Source: Haliotis rufescens (lineage: Eukaryota). From it: DNA of 64,000 nucleotides. The stretch is from contig NW_025963890.1 of NCBI RefSeq assembly GCF_023055435.1, forward strand, positions 42,346,001 through 42,410,000. The letters run 5' to 3'. Positions 12,369-26,000 of this stretch are shown here, piece after piece. The notes beneath the pieces were generated by a model. That model made no database searches. It was not told the origin of the DNA and saw only the letters and a program-made list of their open reading frames with translations. The position numbers and the translations under genes were made by a program. How positions within the stretch are numbered: the stretch's first letter is position 1; each line of letters begins with the position of its first letter.

Positions 12369-13369
12369 TATTTATCATATGATAGTTAAGTTTCTCAGCA
12401 GGAAAATGCCAACGGATAAAAACGACATCCGTTGGGGTCATATGCGGATAGAGATGCAAATATCAAAGGTCAAGTAGGACTACTTTCACTGTTTATATGG
12501 CGTCGCCCTCGTCATTCGGCAATCGAGTCAGAATTAACCATCGGGAATCTCGATAAACTACAGGGATAATTGCTATCAATATCAAAAGAACAGTCTTACA
12601 TACTGAAAATCAGTGTTTAACTGTGTCGTAGCTAAGGCATTTTTTGGCAACTTTGGAGATATAAATTTCGAAACAATTTTGCGAGGGCACGAGGCCTAGC
12701 CAAGCGGGATCAGTAGCAATATCTGTGCTTGTAGACCTCTGCGGCTTGAAACCTTCTCCACAAATTAAAATAGTTTGGATTTGGCCGAAATATGTTTGAA
12801 TTGTTACCTTGTTTCGTTTTGTCACTTCGTGTACATCTGACTACACTTTTTAACGTTATGACAGGACAGACCGACTGTCAACAACGTCTGAACGTGGCCA
12901 TGACGTCTCATAGACTAGGGTTAGAGTAGCTTCCTTTTGAAAAAGGGCAGTTACTCTAGCGGACAACCGGATGGATTGCCGCGAAAGGCAATTAAAAACA
13001 ACTGTTGTTTTGCGTATGTGTTGCTTCGCCACTGTATAAGAAACAGATTTCAGTTGGAACTATATTGGCTACTGTCACTGTCCGACTGACAAATCACTTA
13101 CCCTGTGACGTAATAAATATTAATGCGCGCATTCCAGGAAAACTCGCAATGTTTCGGTAATGTTTGTGAGCTAGAGAGGGGAAGCGATTTTAAAGCACAG
13201 AATTAAAGAATGACATTATATGATAAAGAGGTTATCACGATTGTGTGTTTGGGGATGGTAAATATCCTGTATTAGAAATAAACATTATGTATTTAGCTCG
13301 CCTGCAATACAATGTTTATTCCTAATGCAGGATATTTACCATCCCCAAACACACTCGCGTGATAGCCTC
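12369..13369 (+). mobile_element. About 1-kb non-coding DNA element with terminal long hairpin (13228-13369)
   Basis: Inverted copy at 41548-42445; the empty site near 18045-18060 (AATAACAAC|ATGAAT) shows no obvious TSD. Confidence 0.8.
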
Positions 13370-16300
13370 CATGAATCAATTAAGTGTATTGACAATGTTA
13401 ACATCTCATAGGTATACAATATTAAATTGGAGGAGTTTCCTCCCTTCCGTCCTTACACAGGCTGTGTGTTAAGATGGGTCCTTGTCTTTTCACAACTGTC
13501 AACGGGTACAAATTTACATTGTAAACTGTGAATGAATCACGGTAAAGTGTTTAGTTTTGTTAACATCCGGTATACAATATAAGATTGGAGGAGGTACCTT
13601 AGCTTGTGCAGTCAGGGGTTGAGCTTAAAGAGGCATGTCAATGTATAGGGCAAAACTGCTGAAATGACAATTTTTAGTCATAATAAAACTTAAATGTATC
13701 TTCACAGCATGTAGAATAAGTGCCTTTTCGCAGATTTTAGTTAAATATCTTAGAAGTTTGATAGATTAATGTCAGGTAGCTCTTTAGAATTACTATCATA
13801 CCCTAACTAAGACACTGTGAAATCTTATTATGCTCAATATAGGGGACTAATCACTGTAGACAAGTTGAACATATCAGAATATATCTGATGGGTATTTAAC
13901 CCTAACCCTACAAAGATGACTTTTAATACTTCTAACCAAGGGTTATGATTTTGTTTAAATTTCGAGACAGGGATAACGATCAGAGGTTATAACTATCTAT
14001 TAGTATGAAACTTCAGGAGAAATAGGGTACGAAAAGTAAAAAACATCAGTTTTATCAACATTAGTAGATGTGTTTTCCAGCAAATCAAATGTTAAAAGAT
14101 GGTTTAAGATATATTTCTCTCAGGAGTTTTGTGTGTAGAATCCTCACAGTTACAAAGAAAATTTGTAGCAATACCTTTTGGAAACGTTTTAGATATCTGG
14201 TCTGGTGTAGGAAACATAACACAGATCATATCCCCATCAGTGAGATGTATAACAGCCATGTTTCTGACCATCACTTTTCAAAGTTTCTATAAATAAAAGT
14301 GTTTTACAATGCAGACCAGTGTTTTAGGGATACATGAACACAAACTTCAAATGGTTGACATCCTTAAACCATTCTGACACATTGCCCGTACTGCAAAGCA
14401 TACAAATATATATCTCTATTACGATATACAATAATACACGTCTAACTAGTTGTAGTTACCATATCTCCTCATCGGTTCATCATAACATATTTCTGAAATG
14501 TTCATACCAATCTCTTCTTCATTCGCACCTCCACATACGTATACTTCTATTCGTAGAAAGTGAATTTTGAATCGGCATTCGAGATGTTTTGGAAAATCAA
14601 AATGGACACCGCCGGTTTTGTTTTTGGATTTGGAATCTTTTCAAAGTTCAAATCGACGATTGAACAAACACGTATTTGGAGGTAATTGTTTAAGGAAGAG
14701 ATTTCAAAAACATTTTGTAGACAATCGGAGATGTAGAAGTTTACTGTGTTTCCTGCAGCGCACATTAGCACACATATCTAATGGGAGTGTCCGTAGCCTT
14801 GAAATACAGAAACACTCATATTAATGGGTGAACAGATGATGAAATATAGTGATCACGGCTAATTGCTAACAGTGGATTGAGAGGACGTAAATTGAAAGGA
14901 ATATAAGTCAAACTCACCTTGGACTTCAGTCCCGTTTACGCAGCAGTCAACACTTGCCAGTTAAAATCAAATATATAGTCACAATTTCGTTTTCAACAAT
15001 GTTCGAACGAACATCAACTTTCATTGCCTCAAAATGACGGAAACGGAAGTCGCATCACGGAGCAAAATCTCCTCTGTTACAGGGTTCGTTGAAAAGGATA
15101 TATTGTTGTGACAGAAAAAATAACGTTGCATTAATGTCTGAAATACTAGTGACCTTTTCGATTTAAATTATAATCATCACGTTTTAGTAGAGTACATATA
15201 ACTTCTTGACTGCGGGCCTCGCGTTCTTTAGCTGATACTTCCGTGTACTGGAACATTCCATAGTTCGATATGTCTTGTTGATGTTGGGGGAATACGTTTG
15301 AAACAGGTTACATGTAGTAGAGCGTGACAACCTTACCTGCTTGTTACACCTGGTGTTTTATTATATGGGATGTGATGTCACGAACCGCCTTCTCTCATAC
15401 ACAGAGATAGGTGATGCATTAAAGACTCACCACATTAAATAAAACATACATATTTTACACACAAGAAGATAGCAAATTGTATGAGCCACCCGCTTAAATA
15501 ATTAAATGAATACATTATTATTATTAAAACATTGATAAAGAGAATGATACACCAAACGCATTAAAATACATCTATTTGACACGATACATTAGCCATTATC
15601 TAAAATACATTTTCAGGTTTTGGCACTGGAGAACAATATTTCTGGGCAGGACACAATAAAACACATTTTCTCCACATCATTAAAATATGTATTGCACCGT
15701 TACCTACATTTCTCTAATAGTCTAGGGGTATAACAAAACATGACAGTAATCTTTACAACTTAAACACTTCCATGAAGTGGATTTAGTGTATCCACGTACT
15801 TGAAAAATTACATTCAGTTGAGATGAATATATTGTCATCTATAAGCATATACATTTATACCGTCTTACTGCTGAAATGACAATCCTGAGTCACTAAAAAG
15901 TACAAATGTATCTTCACAGCATTCAGAAGAAGTTTACGGCAGATTTTTATTTTTATATCTTAGATATTCAGCTGTCTTTATACACATTTTAGAGTATGTT
16001 TAGACAAAGTGGAAACGGTTTAGATACCTTGGCTGTAAGAAACACAACACATACCATATCCCTATCGGCCTTACATAATATAACAGCAATGTTTCTGACC
16101 ATATAGAGATTTTTCTGAACAAAAGTTTCTATAAAAAAGTGTTTGACAAGAAAGTATTATATGTAAGGCATATATGAATACCAACAAAAAAACGTTTGAC
16201 TTCCTTAAACAATATCCACCACATTCATTGAGAACTATTCGTTTCAATTAGGATATATTTCAAAATTAACATTTAACAAGCTGCAGTTACAATACTCCCT

Positions 16301-18997
16301 CACCCCTTCATTGTAAAATATGTCTAAAATCTACATTCCAATACGTATACTTCTATTCGTAGAAATATGTCGTTATGTGTTGTTGTTGTTAGGGGATTAT
16401 GTTTAAAACAGGTCACAGATACTATGGCGTGACACGCTCAGCCGCTTCTCGCATACGATGCCTTTATCATGTGGCCTGTTATGTCACGGAACTCCTTCCC
16501 TCATACACATCCAGCTTTATCATATAATACATACATATTTTAGACATAAGAACATAACAAAATGTATAAGCGATACGTTTAGGGTTATGAGACACCATCT
16601 ATACAGTTAATAAATACGACATTATTATTAAAACATTCATAAATAGAATAATGCAGCCAAATTGGTGTTTTGGCAGTTAAGAACAAGATGTCTTGCCTGG
16701 AAAGGATAAAACACATATTCTCCCCATCATTAAGAAAATAGGGAAAACTATAGTCCCNNNNNNNNNNNNNNNNNNNNNNNNNNNNNNNNNNNNNNNNNNN
16801 NNNNNNNNNNNNNNNNNNNNNNNNNNNNNNNNNNNNNNNNNNNNNNNNNNNNNNNNNNNNNNNNNNNNNNNNNNNNNNNNNNNNNNNNNNNNNNNNNNNN
16901 NNNNNNNNNNNNNNNNNNNNNNCTTGGATTCCAGTTTCTCTTGTTAATAACAGGACACTTGTTTGTCCAAATTAAATAAAATGTGAGAGTCTATGTTGTG
17001 GTAAAACGGATAATTGTTTGTAACAACACTTTCCACTGACCAAGGGGATGGGCTCTATCCCGATCGTTGGGTATATGTTCTAAATCCAATAACATTGCAT
17101 AGCTCTGTTATGAACTGTGAGGTAGTCGGCAAGGTGCTCTGTCAGGTGTCTTTTAGACTAGGATTGTGGACTGTAATTGTCCACCACATCCATTCGAAAA
17201 TCCAAACCTTTAGATTTGGATACAATAACACACATTTTAATGTTGATACACCAGCAGTTAAGAGAGAGTCAAGCAGTAAATTCAAAGCACTGGTAAAATG
17301 TCATCAGCTAAAATACCAATAATAATGATTATCTACGTTAACAATCAAATCGTTGATAAACAGATTGAACAATAGGGGTGATAGGAGGCATCCTTGGCGT
17401 AATCAACACTTGAAACCAAACCATGAAGTTGAAGCATCATTAAACTATATCAGCTTTTGTAGCTAAAAATACTTTAATTAAATCCAACTTATGCACCAAG
17501 ATGAATGAAACTAACTATTCTAATGCACGTTTAAACTTACAACAGGTATAGCGAAGTAAAAAAATGCAACCAGTATTGACCAAAAAATCTTTTCGAGGGA
17601 ACATATTCAATGCATACTATAAATATTCTTGATGTCACGTTGTCTTACAGAAGAAAAAATCATTTGAAGTGAATAGGCATGACATACCATCCAGTTTAAA
17701 GATATATATTCAAACAAATTTCATTTCACAAATGAGAAGGATAAATGATATGCTTTGTTGGAAATACCCTCAAACATTTTCAGTGAATTATTCAAATGAA
17801 ACTCTAACCAGGCTGCAAGCGCCTAATGGGCACAGCAGGAATACATTACACTTAAGGTCACCGATACAGGAATAGAACTGTAGTTTGTAGATTATGTAGA
17901 CACAAGCATAGGTTTTACATGTAGGAATAATCACTGTCAATAGTTATAAATTATGTGGTACTGTGTCAAAATTCTTGGAATAACTATAGTTGAAGGCATC
18001 AACAAAATAGTAAAACGTGTGGTTCGTAATCACAGGGATATTGTCAATAACAACATGAATGAATTAAGTGTATTGATAATGTTAACATCTCACAGGTATA
18101 GAATATTAGGTTGGAGGAGTTGCCTCCCTTCCATTTGAACCTGTGGACATATGCTGGTTACCAGTGACTGTTCTGTCCCAACACAGGCTGTGTGTTACGA
18201 TGGGTGGTTGTCTTTTCGCAATTGTGAACGGGTACAAGTTTACATTGTAAATTGTGAATGAATCACGGTAAAGTGTTTAGTTTTGTTGACATCCGGTATA
18301 CAATATGGAGGAGGTACCTTAGCATGTGCAGTCAGGGGTTCAGGTATATATTATAATCTTAAAGAAGCATATCAATGTATATAGGGCAAAACTGCTGAAA
18401 TGACAATTTTGAGTCATAATAAAACGTATATGTATCTTCACAGCAGACTAAGAAGCTTACCACATATTTTAGTTAAATATCTTAGATATTTAACTTTGCC
18501 AAATGCATATGATACATTTTGATAACTTTTAATAATTCATTGCTGATGTAGATACACTTATTGTATGCAGTAAGATGTCGGGGCTAAACTGTAAATGTGA
18601 CGAAATTAAAGTTGGTTTGATAGATTAAGAAAACATAAGAAATGGCAGATATAATAAAGCCTTATTATTTGGTTTACAACGTAAGGTTATCAGTTAAACA
18701 ATTTACAATATGTATGCCAGAAGTTAAGAGAACAATAACACACACACACACATATACGCACACATACTCACGNNNNNNNNNNNNNNNNNNNNNNNNNNNN
18801 NNNNNNNNNNNNNNNNNNNNNNNNNNNNNNNNNNNNNNNNNNNNNNNNNNNNNNNNNNNNNNNNNNNNNNNNNNNNNNNNNNNNNNNNNNNNNNNNNNNN
18901 NNNNNNNNNNNNNNNNNNNNNNNNNNNNNNNNNNNNGAAAATAACGTTCCAAAACTGGACGTGTAGAAGCGTCTCGGAAAACAGACGCTTGTAGCAG

Positions 18998-19121
18998 TGA
19001 GTGAGTGAGTGAGTAATGTTTTACGCTACTTTTAGCAATATTCCAGCAAAATCACGGCGGGGGACACCCGAAATGGGCTTCACACATTGTGCCCATGTGA
19101 GGAATCGAACCCGGGTCTTCT
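18998..19121 (-). mobile_element. SINE family 1, truncated
   Basis: Reverse complement of the 3' part of 47929-48098 with (GTGA)n tail. Confidence 0.8.
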
Positions 19122-19702
19122 GGGCTAACGTACAACTGACTTGTATAAAAGGCAACGTGCATAATGCTATAATAATTGAGAAGTGTTGGCAAGTGTTTTG
19201 TGAGGATTAATCTGCTTCATGGTTTGATGTCAAGTGTGGATTACGCTAAGGATGCCTCCTGTCATACCTGTTATTCAATCTGTTCATCAATGATTTGGGC
19301 GTTAACAATGATAATCAATGTTTTAGTGTAGCTGATGCAATCATACTTTTAGCAGAAAATGCCCGTGATTTGACACTCTGAACTGCTGGTGTATCAACAA
19401 CTATTCGGAGGAAACACCGTCCTTTGTACAGAAGAGTTTGTGATGGCGAGCAAAACCAGAAGATGAATCTACGTATTGAACTTAGACGTAGTGTTCTGTT
19501 ATATCATTACCCAAAATGTAACAATAAATTGAACAAACCTTTTCTTCTCTTGCACAGGATTGGTGTATAATAGTCAGGACACTAATTTCTAGGGCATATA
19601 TAATATAATATCTGATTTACACGCACCGTTTACACATGTGTGCAATTGTTTGTTGTTTAACTCCGCACTCAGCAATAGTCTAGCCATTTGACAGTAGTCT
19701 GT

Positions 19703-19979
19703 AGTGAGTGAGTTGGGTTTCACGCCGCTTTTAACAGTATTCCAGTTATAGCACGGCGTGTCAGCATTATGTGGGAGGAAAGCCCGAAGTGATGCAGGAC
19801 TCAGACGTTTACTACTTCGGTGAAACCGACGAGCACGGGTATGGTGCTAACAAACCTAGAAACATAATCGGGGCGAACCGGGATTCGAACCCACAATCAT
19901 AAGTTCCTGGCGTGCCCAAGGGACGCAACTCTGCACAGCGGATCGCGGCGCCTTAAACGACTGTGCCACCCGTGCCCCC
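19703..19979 (-). mobile_element. SINE family 2
   Basis: Full length: head GGGGGCACGGGTGGC.CAGTCG, B box GGTTCGAATCC, (CTCA)n tail. Confidence 0.9.
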
Positions 19980-21052
19980 TAACGTCAGTCTGTAAATAAT
20001 CGAGTATGAATCAGACAATTTAGTGATTGACATCATGAGCATCAAGCAACGTAAATCGGATACGACATGCATCAACCAATCCCAGGGGTGGGTGGTATAT
20101 CTACAAATTTGATCATATGCATATGTTTGTAAACATTTAACATGAATGAACTTGGTACAATTGCGACATTTACATCAAGTCTAGATGTATTTTGCTATAA
20201 TAATTGAGAAGTGTTGGCAAGTGTTGTGTGAGGATTGATCTGCTTCATGTTTTGATGTCGAGTGTGGATTACGCCAAGGATGCCTCCTGTCATACCTGTC
20301 ATTCAATCTGCTCATCAATGATTGCTGAGGTTCATTTTGACAATTTTGTAAATACACAAAGAATGATTTCCACCTTCTCCGATAGGCGCGAGACACAAGG
20401 TACATGTATCCTCACTACATGTGTTCGTTACAATGCATGGCAAGGAAGAGGGAAGGTGAAACCTGTTCAGCAGAACACAATGCGGTCACTTCCGTGTCAA
20501 ACGTACTTTAGTTTCCCACATTTGCTGCTACACATTGGTAAGTCACATGTGCTTTGTATGGAGCCCGTCAGAGTCATACTCGGGTAGAAGAGGTAGAACA
20601 AGAACCGACAAATGAGCATCGAGTGATTTCCCGGGTTTTATTCAGTTTTACAATCGATTTTGTATGTGTTTGTGACTGATGGCACCAGTATGGCAGGGTA
20701 CGTAACTTTTTCGCCTGGTATCATCACTATTTATGATATGATTTAGTCGGAAAGGACTCTGTTTTGGCAGATGTTTCTTTTGATAATGAAAGGGTTTTGT
20801 CGCTTATACTTAAAGTATGATCTGGCTGAGTTTATGTCTGTGTGCTATATTACTGATGGTGGGGTTATGCAAAGTTCACTCTCTCACTCACTTCAGTAGC
20901 AATATTTTGATACAAAATGCAAATATTATCGTAGTATTGAATACTTCCTGAGATTTCTAATTTTAATTTCTTATTCTTTAATTCTGTTTATGTGTTCGTA
21001 AAAGTGCCATATGCACACAACTTTGTTTCATATATTATGATAACATCAAACT

Positions 21053-21334
21053 AGTGAGTGAGTGAGTTGGGTTTAACGCCGCTTTTAACATCATTCCAGT
21101 TATATCACGGCGTGTCAGCTTAATGTGGAAGGAAAGCCTGAAGTGATGCAGGTCTCAGACGTTTACCACTTCGGTGAAACCCACGAGCACGGGTATGGTG
21201 CTGACAAACCTAGAAACATAATCAGGGCGAACCAGGATTCGAACCCACAATCATAGGTTTCTGGCGTGTCCAGGGGACGCAACTCTGCACAGCGAATCGC
21301 GGCGCCTTAGACGACTGGGCCACCCGTGCCCCCC
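21053..21334 (-). mobile_element. SINE family 2
   Basis: Full-length copy; counterpart in the duplication at 53946-54225. Confidence 0.9.
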
Positions 21335-21549
21335 TAACATCAAAATAGGACTATACAATACCTAAAATCGCTTTAATGTAAATTGATACACAGTCGAAGT
21401 ACATGTGGATCATGTACGGTCCTCTTCCTATTTGTATTAAGTGAATAGAGATTTGTATCAAACCATCATGGTTAGCGAGGGAATTGGTAGTATTTCAGTT
21501 TTATCACATCGCGTCAGCTTGATCAAGGTCTTAGTCTATAACTGCTGAG

Positions 21550-21821
21550 GACCCGTGAAGATCCGGGGTAGAATAGGTCTTCAGCAACCCATGCTTGCCG
21601 TAAAAGGCGACTATGCTTGTCGTAAAGGGCGACTAACGGGATCGGGTGGTCAGGCTCGCTGACTTGGTTGATGCATGTCATCGATCCCAATTGGGTGGAT
21701 CGATGCTCATGACATCAATCACTGGATTGTCTGGTCCAGACTCGATTATTTACAGACCGCCGTCATATAGCTGGAATATTGCTGAGTGCGGCGTAAAACA
21801 ACCAACCAATCAACCAACCAA
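21550..21821 (+). mobile_element. Short retroposon family 3 (no tRNA head seen), (CAAC)n tail
   Basis: 14-bp TSD CTATAACTGCTGAG at 21536 and 21822; copies at 54443-54687, about 63445-63630 and about 1910-2105. Confidence 0.88.
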
Positions 21822-22199
21822 CTATAACTGCTGAGTAGCAGCATCGCACACATATTTCAGCATCATTGTCCCTTGCAGTTTCTGTGTACGCTGTCAAAGT
21901 TGTCATAGTCATTTCATTACTAGAAAGTAACACAAAGTGTTTGATCGAAGAGTGTGTGATATTTTACTGCTCAAATATATTCATGAATATCATTTGTTAG
22001 ATATAAGGAAAAATAACTCAAAAGTTATAATTGAAATTATCTCAACTCAGATAAGTCCTTATAGATCGCTACTTACAATTGCCACAGACTTTTAATCATC
22101 ATTATGGCGTAAAACTAAATAGAGCGACAAAATTATTTCCATTATTATATGGAATCTCTGCTAAAACAGTCTGTTGTATGACTTTGACTATAGCATGTG

Positions 22200-22600
22200 T
22201 ATATGAATCACTATCAACCTGTAATGATACCAGGTATCTGTGAAATGGTAAAAACCGGTGGAACCCATCACAAACACATGCAAAGGCAAGTCAATTGATC
22301 ACCTAAACAAACACAAGAACATATGGCATAAGTCGACATAGAGAATTGCATCTCACATAAATTTGGTCAATGATGCGTCAAATTTGGAAATGTCCTCCAC
22401 ATTTTGAAGTTTTACGGCCACCTCAAATGTTGTAACCTTGATCAAACAACTTCTGAGCAAGAGTCGTATGACACGCTTTGAAATCTTGGTAGAAAGAGCT
22501 TGCTCGATTGTATCTCAAAAGTTGTGAAATGTAAACACCACAGGCTGTTTGTATTCGGAATCGTACATTCTATTGGATATGGAAAGGGTTTTGTTGCTTT
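22200..22600 (-). mobile_element. Penelope-like RT C-terminal relic (duplicate about 55075-55480)
   Basis: Reads AYGVYISQLLRYNRASSFYQDFKACHTTLAQKLFDQGY; similar to 44780-45200. Confidence 0.7.
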
Positions 22601-23005
22601 AATCTTTATGATTACGAAGAGGAAACTGTCGCTTTCATTCATAATTTTAGATTCGTCCGAATCCTGTATGCGAAAGAAGATCATGAAACAATGTGTGATG
22701 TGACAGTTTTCATGACAAGGACATAATTTGGTTACAAAGACAGTATTTTCCACAACATGTACAACTTCCGTGTTTGTTTACGATACATCAAGACAATAGG
22801 AACCTTTCTCTAATCGACTCCAGTTCGCAATATTGTAAGATTGTCGGGTAATCTCTTGTAGATTATGACCAGTTTCCTGTAGCAAAAGATGCATGTGTTC
22901 ATATTATTGGCACATCTTGATTATTTGCCAGTATCATCATTGACGAAGTGGTACGCTGACTTTATCGTTCTACAATCACAAGCCACCTCAAGTATGTTGA
23001 CACAT

Positions 23006-26000
23006 TTTGATCATCTATTGCCTGCCTTGGGGTAAACATTGACTGAACAAAGCAGTAGTGTTTGATCATCTATTGCCTGCCTTGCGGTAAACATTGATTT
23101 AACAAAGCAGTAGGTGTTTGAGCATCTGTTGCCTGCCTTGCGGTAAACATTGACTGAACAAGGCAGTAGTGTTTGATCATCTATTGCCTGCCTTGCGGTA
23201 AACATTGACTGAACAAAGCAGGAGTGTTTGATCATCTATTGCCTGTCTTGCGGTAAACATTGACTGAACAAGGCAGTAGTGTTTGATCATCTATTGCCTG
23301 CCTTGGGGTAAACATTGATTGAACAAAGCAGTAGTGTTTGATCATCTATTGCCTGCCTTGCGGTAAACATTGACTCAACAAAGCAGTAGTGTTTGATCAT
23401 CTGTGGCCTGCCTTGCGGTAAACATTGAACAAAGCAGTAGTGTTTGATCATCTATTGCCTGCCTTGCGGTAAACATTGACTGAACAAAGCAGTAGTGTTT
23501 GATCATCTATTGCCTGCCTTGCGGTAAACATTGATTTAACAAAGCAGTAGTGTTTCGATCATCTATTGCCTGCCTAGGGGTAAACATTGAACAAAGCAGT
23601 AGTGTTTGGTCATCTATTGCCTGCCTTGCAGTAAACATTGACTGAACAAAGCAGTAGTGTTTGATCATCTATTGCCTGCCTTGCGGTAAACATTGATTTA
23701 ACAAAGCAGTAGTGTTTGAGCATCTGTTGCCTGCCTTGCGGTAAACATTGACTGAACAAGGCAGTAGTGTTTGATCATCTATTGCCTGCCTTGCGGTAAA
23801 CATTGACTGAACAAAGCAGTAGTGTTTGATCATCTATTGCCTGTCTTGCGGTAAACATTGACTGAACAAGGCAGTAGTGTTTGATCATCTATTGCCTGCC
23901 TTGGGGTAAACATTGACTGAACAAGGCAGTAGTGTTTGATCATCTATTGCCTGCCTTGGGGTAAACATTGACTGAACAAAGCAGTAGTGTTTGGTCATCT
24001 ATTGCCTGCCTAGCGGTAAACATTGACTGAACAAAGCAGGAGTGTTTGATCATCTATTGCCTGTCTTGCGGTAAACATTGACTGAACAAGGCAGTAGTGT
24101 TTGATCATCTATTGCCTGCCTTGGGGTAAACATTGATTGAACAAAGCAGTAGTGTTTGATCATCTATTGCCTGCCTTGCGGTAAACATTGACTCAACAAA
24201 GCAGTAGTGTTTGATCATCTGTGGCCTGCCTTGCGGTAAACATTGAACAAAGCAGTAGTGTTTGATCATCTATTGCCTGCCTTGCGGTAAACATTGATTT
24301 AACAAAGCAGTAGTGTTTCGATCATCTATTTCCTGCCTAGGGGTAAACATTGAACAAAGCAGTAGTGTTTGGTCATCTATTGCCTGCCTTGCAGTAAACA
24401 TTGACTGAACAAAGCAGTAGTGTTTGATCATCTATTGCCTGCCTTGCGGTAAACATTGATTTAACAAAGCAGTAGTGTTTGAGCATCTGTTGCCTGCCTT
24501 GCGGTAAACATTGACTGAACAAGGCAGTAGTGTTTGATCATCTATTGCCTGCCTTGCGGTAAACATTGACTGAACAAAGCAGTAGTGTTTGATCATCTAT
24601 TGCCTGTCTTGCGGTAAACATTGACTGAACAAGGCAGTAGTGTTTGATCATCTATTGCCTGCCTTGGGGTAAACATTGACTGAACAAGGCAGTAGTGTTT
24701 GATCATCTATTGCCTGCCTTGGGGTAAACATTGACTGAACAAAGCAGTAGTGTTTGGTCATCTATTGCCTGCCTAGCGGTAAACATTGAACAAAGCAGTA
24801 GTGTTTGATCATCTATTGCCTGCCTTGGGGTAAACATTGAACAAAGCAGTAGTGTTTGATCATCTATTGCCTGCCTAGGGGTAAACATTGACTGAACAAG
24901 GCAGTAGTGTTTGATCATCTATTGCCTGCCTTGGGGTAAACATTGAACAAAGCAGTAGTGTTTGATCATCTATTGCCTGCCTTGCGGTAAACATTGACTG
25001 AACAAAGCAGTAGTGTTTGGTCATCTATTGCCTGCCTTGGGGTAAACATTGACTGAACAAAGCAGTAGTGTTTGATCATCTATTGCCTGCCTAGGGGTAA
25101 ACATTGACCGAATAAGGCAGTAGTGTTTCGATCATCTATTGCCTGCCTAGGGGTAAACATTGAACAAAGCAGTAGTGTTTGGTCATCTATTGCCTGCCTT
25201 GCAGTAAACATTGACTGAACAAAGCAGTAGTGTTTGGTCATCTATTGCCTGCCTTGGGGTAAACATTGACTGAACAAAGCAGTAGTGTTTGATCATCTAT
25301 TGCCTGCCTTGGGGTAAACATTGACTGAACAAGGCAGTAGTGTTTGATCATCTATTGCCTGCCTTGCGGTAAACATTGACTGAACAAAGCAGTAGTGTTT
25401 GATCATCTATTGCCTGCCTTGCGGTAAACATTGATTGAGCAAGGCAGTATTGTTTGATCATCTATTGCCTGCCTTGTGGTTAACATTGACTGAACAAGGC
25501 AGTAGTGTTTGATCATCTATTGCCTGCCTTGCGGTAAACATTGATTGAGCAAAGCAGTAGTGCTTGGTCATCTATTGCCTGCCTTGCGGTAAACATTGAC
25601 TGAACAAAGCAGTAGTGTTTGATCATCTATTGCCTGCCTTGGGATAAACATTGACTGAACAAGGCAGTAGTGTTTGGTCATCTATTGCCTGCCTTTGGGT
25701 AAACATTGACTGAACAAGGCAGTAGTGTTTGATCATCTATTGCCTGCCTTGGGGTAAACATTGACTGAACAAAGCAGTAGTGTTTGATCATCTATTGCCT
25801 GCCTTGCGGTAAACATTGATTGAGCAAGGCAGTATTGTTTGATCATCTATTGCCTGCCTTGTGGTTAACATTGACTGAACAAGGCAGTAGTGTTTGATCA
25901 TCTATTGCCTGCCTTGCGGTAAACATTGATTGAGCAAAGCAGTAGTGCTTGGTCATCTATTGCCTGCCTTGCGGTAAACATTGACTGAACAAAGCAGTAG

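Larger units (their letters stand above)
7500..18630 (-). pseudogene. Array of degenerate 3-4 kb units (about 7500-11560, 11850-15760, 15800-16760, 16980-18630), possibly decayed NACHT-type genes
   Basis: Shared blocks recur in the same order, e.g. ACTGCTGAAATGACAAT, TACGTATACTTCTATTC, GCAGTCAACACTTG, ATATATTGTTGTGACAGAAAAAA. Repetition is clear; the coding origin is tentative. Confidence 0.45.

Noticed and set aside
16693-18952. ORFs containing X runs (also 51788..52069)
   Set aside because: Artefacts of N gaps.
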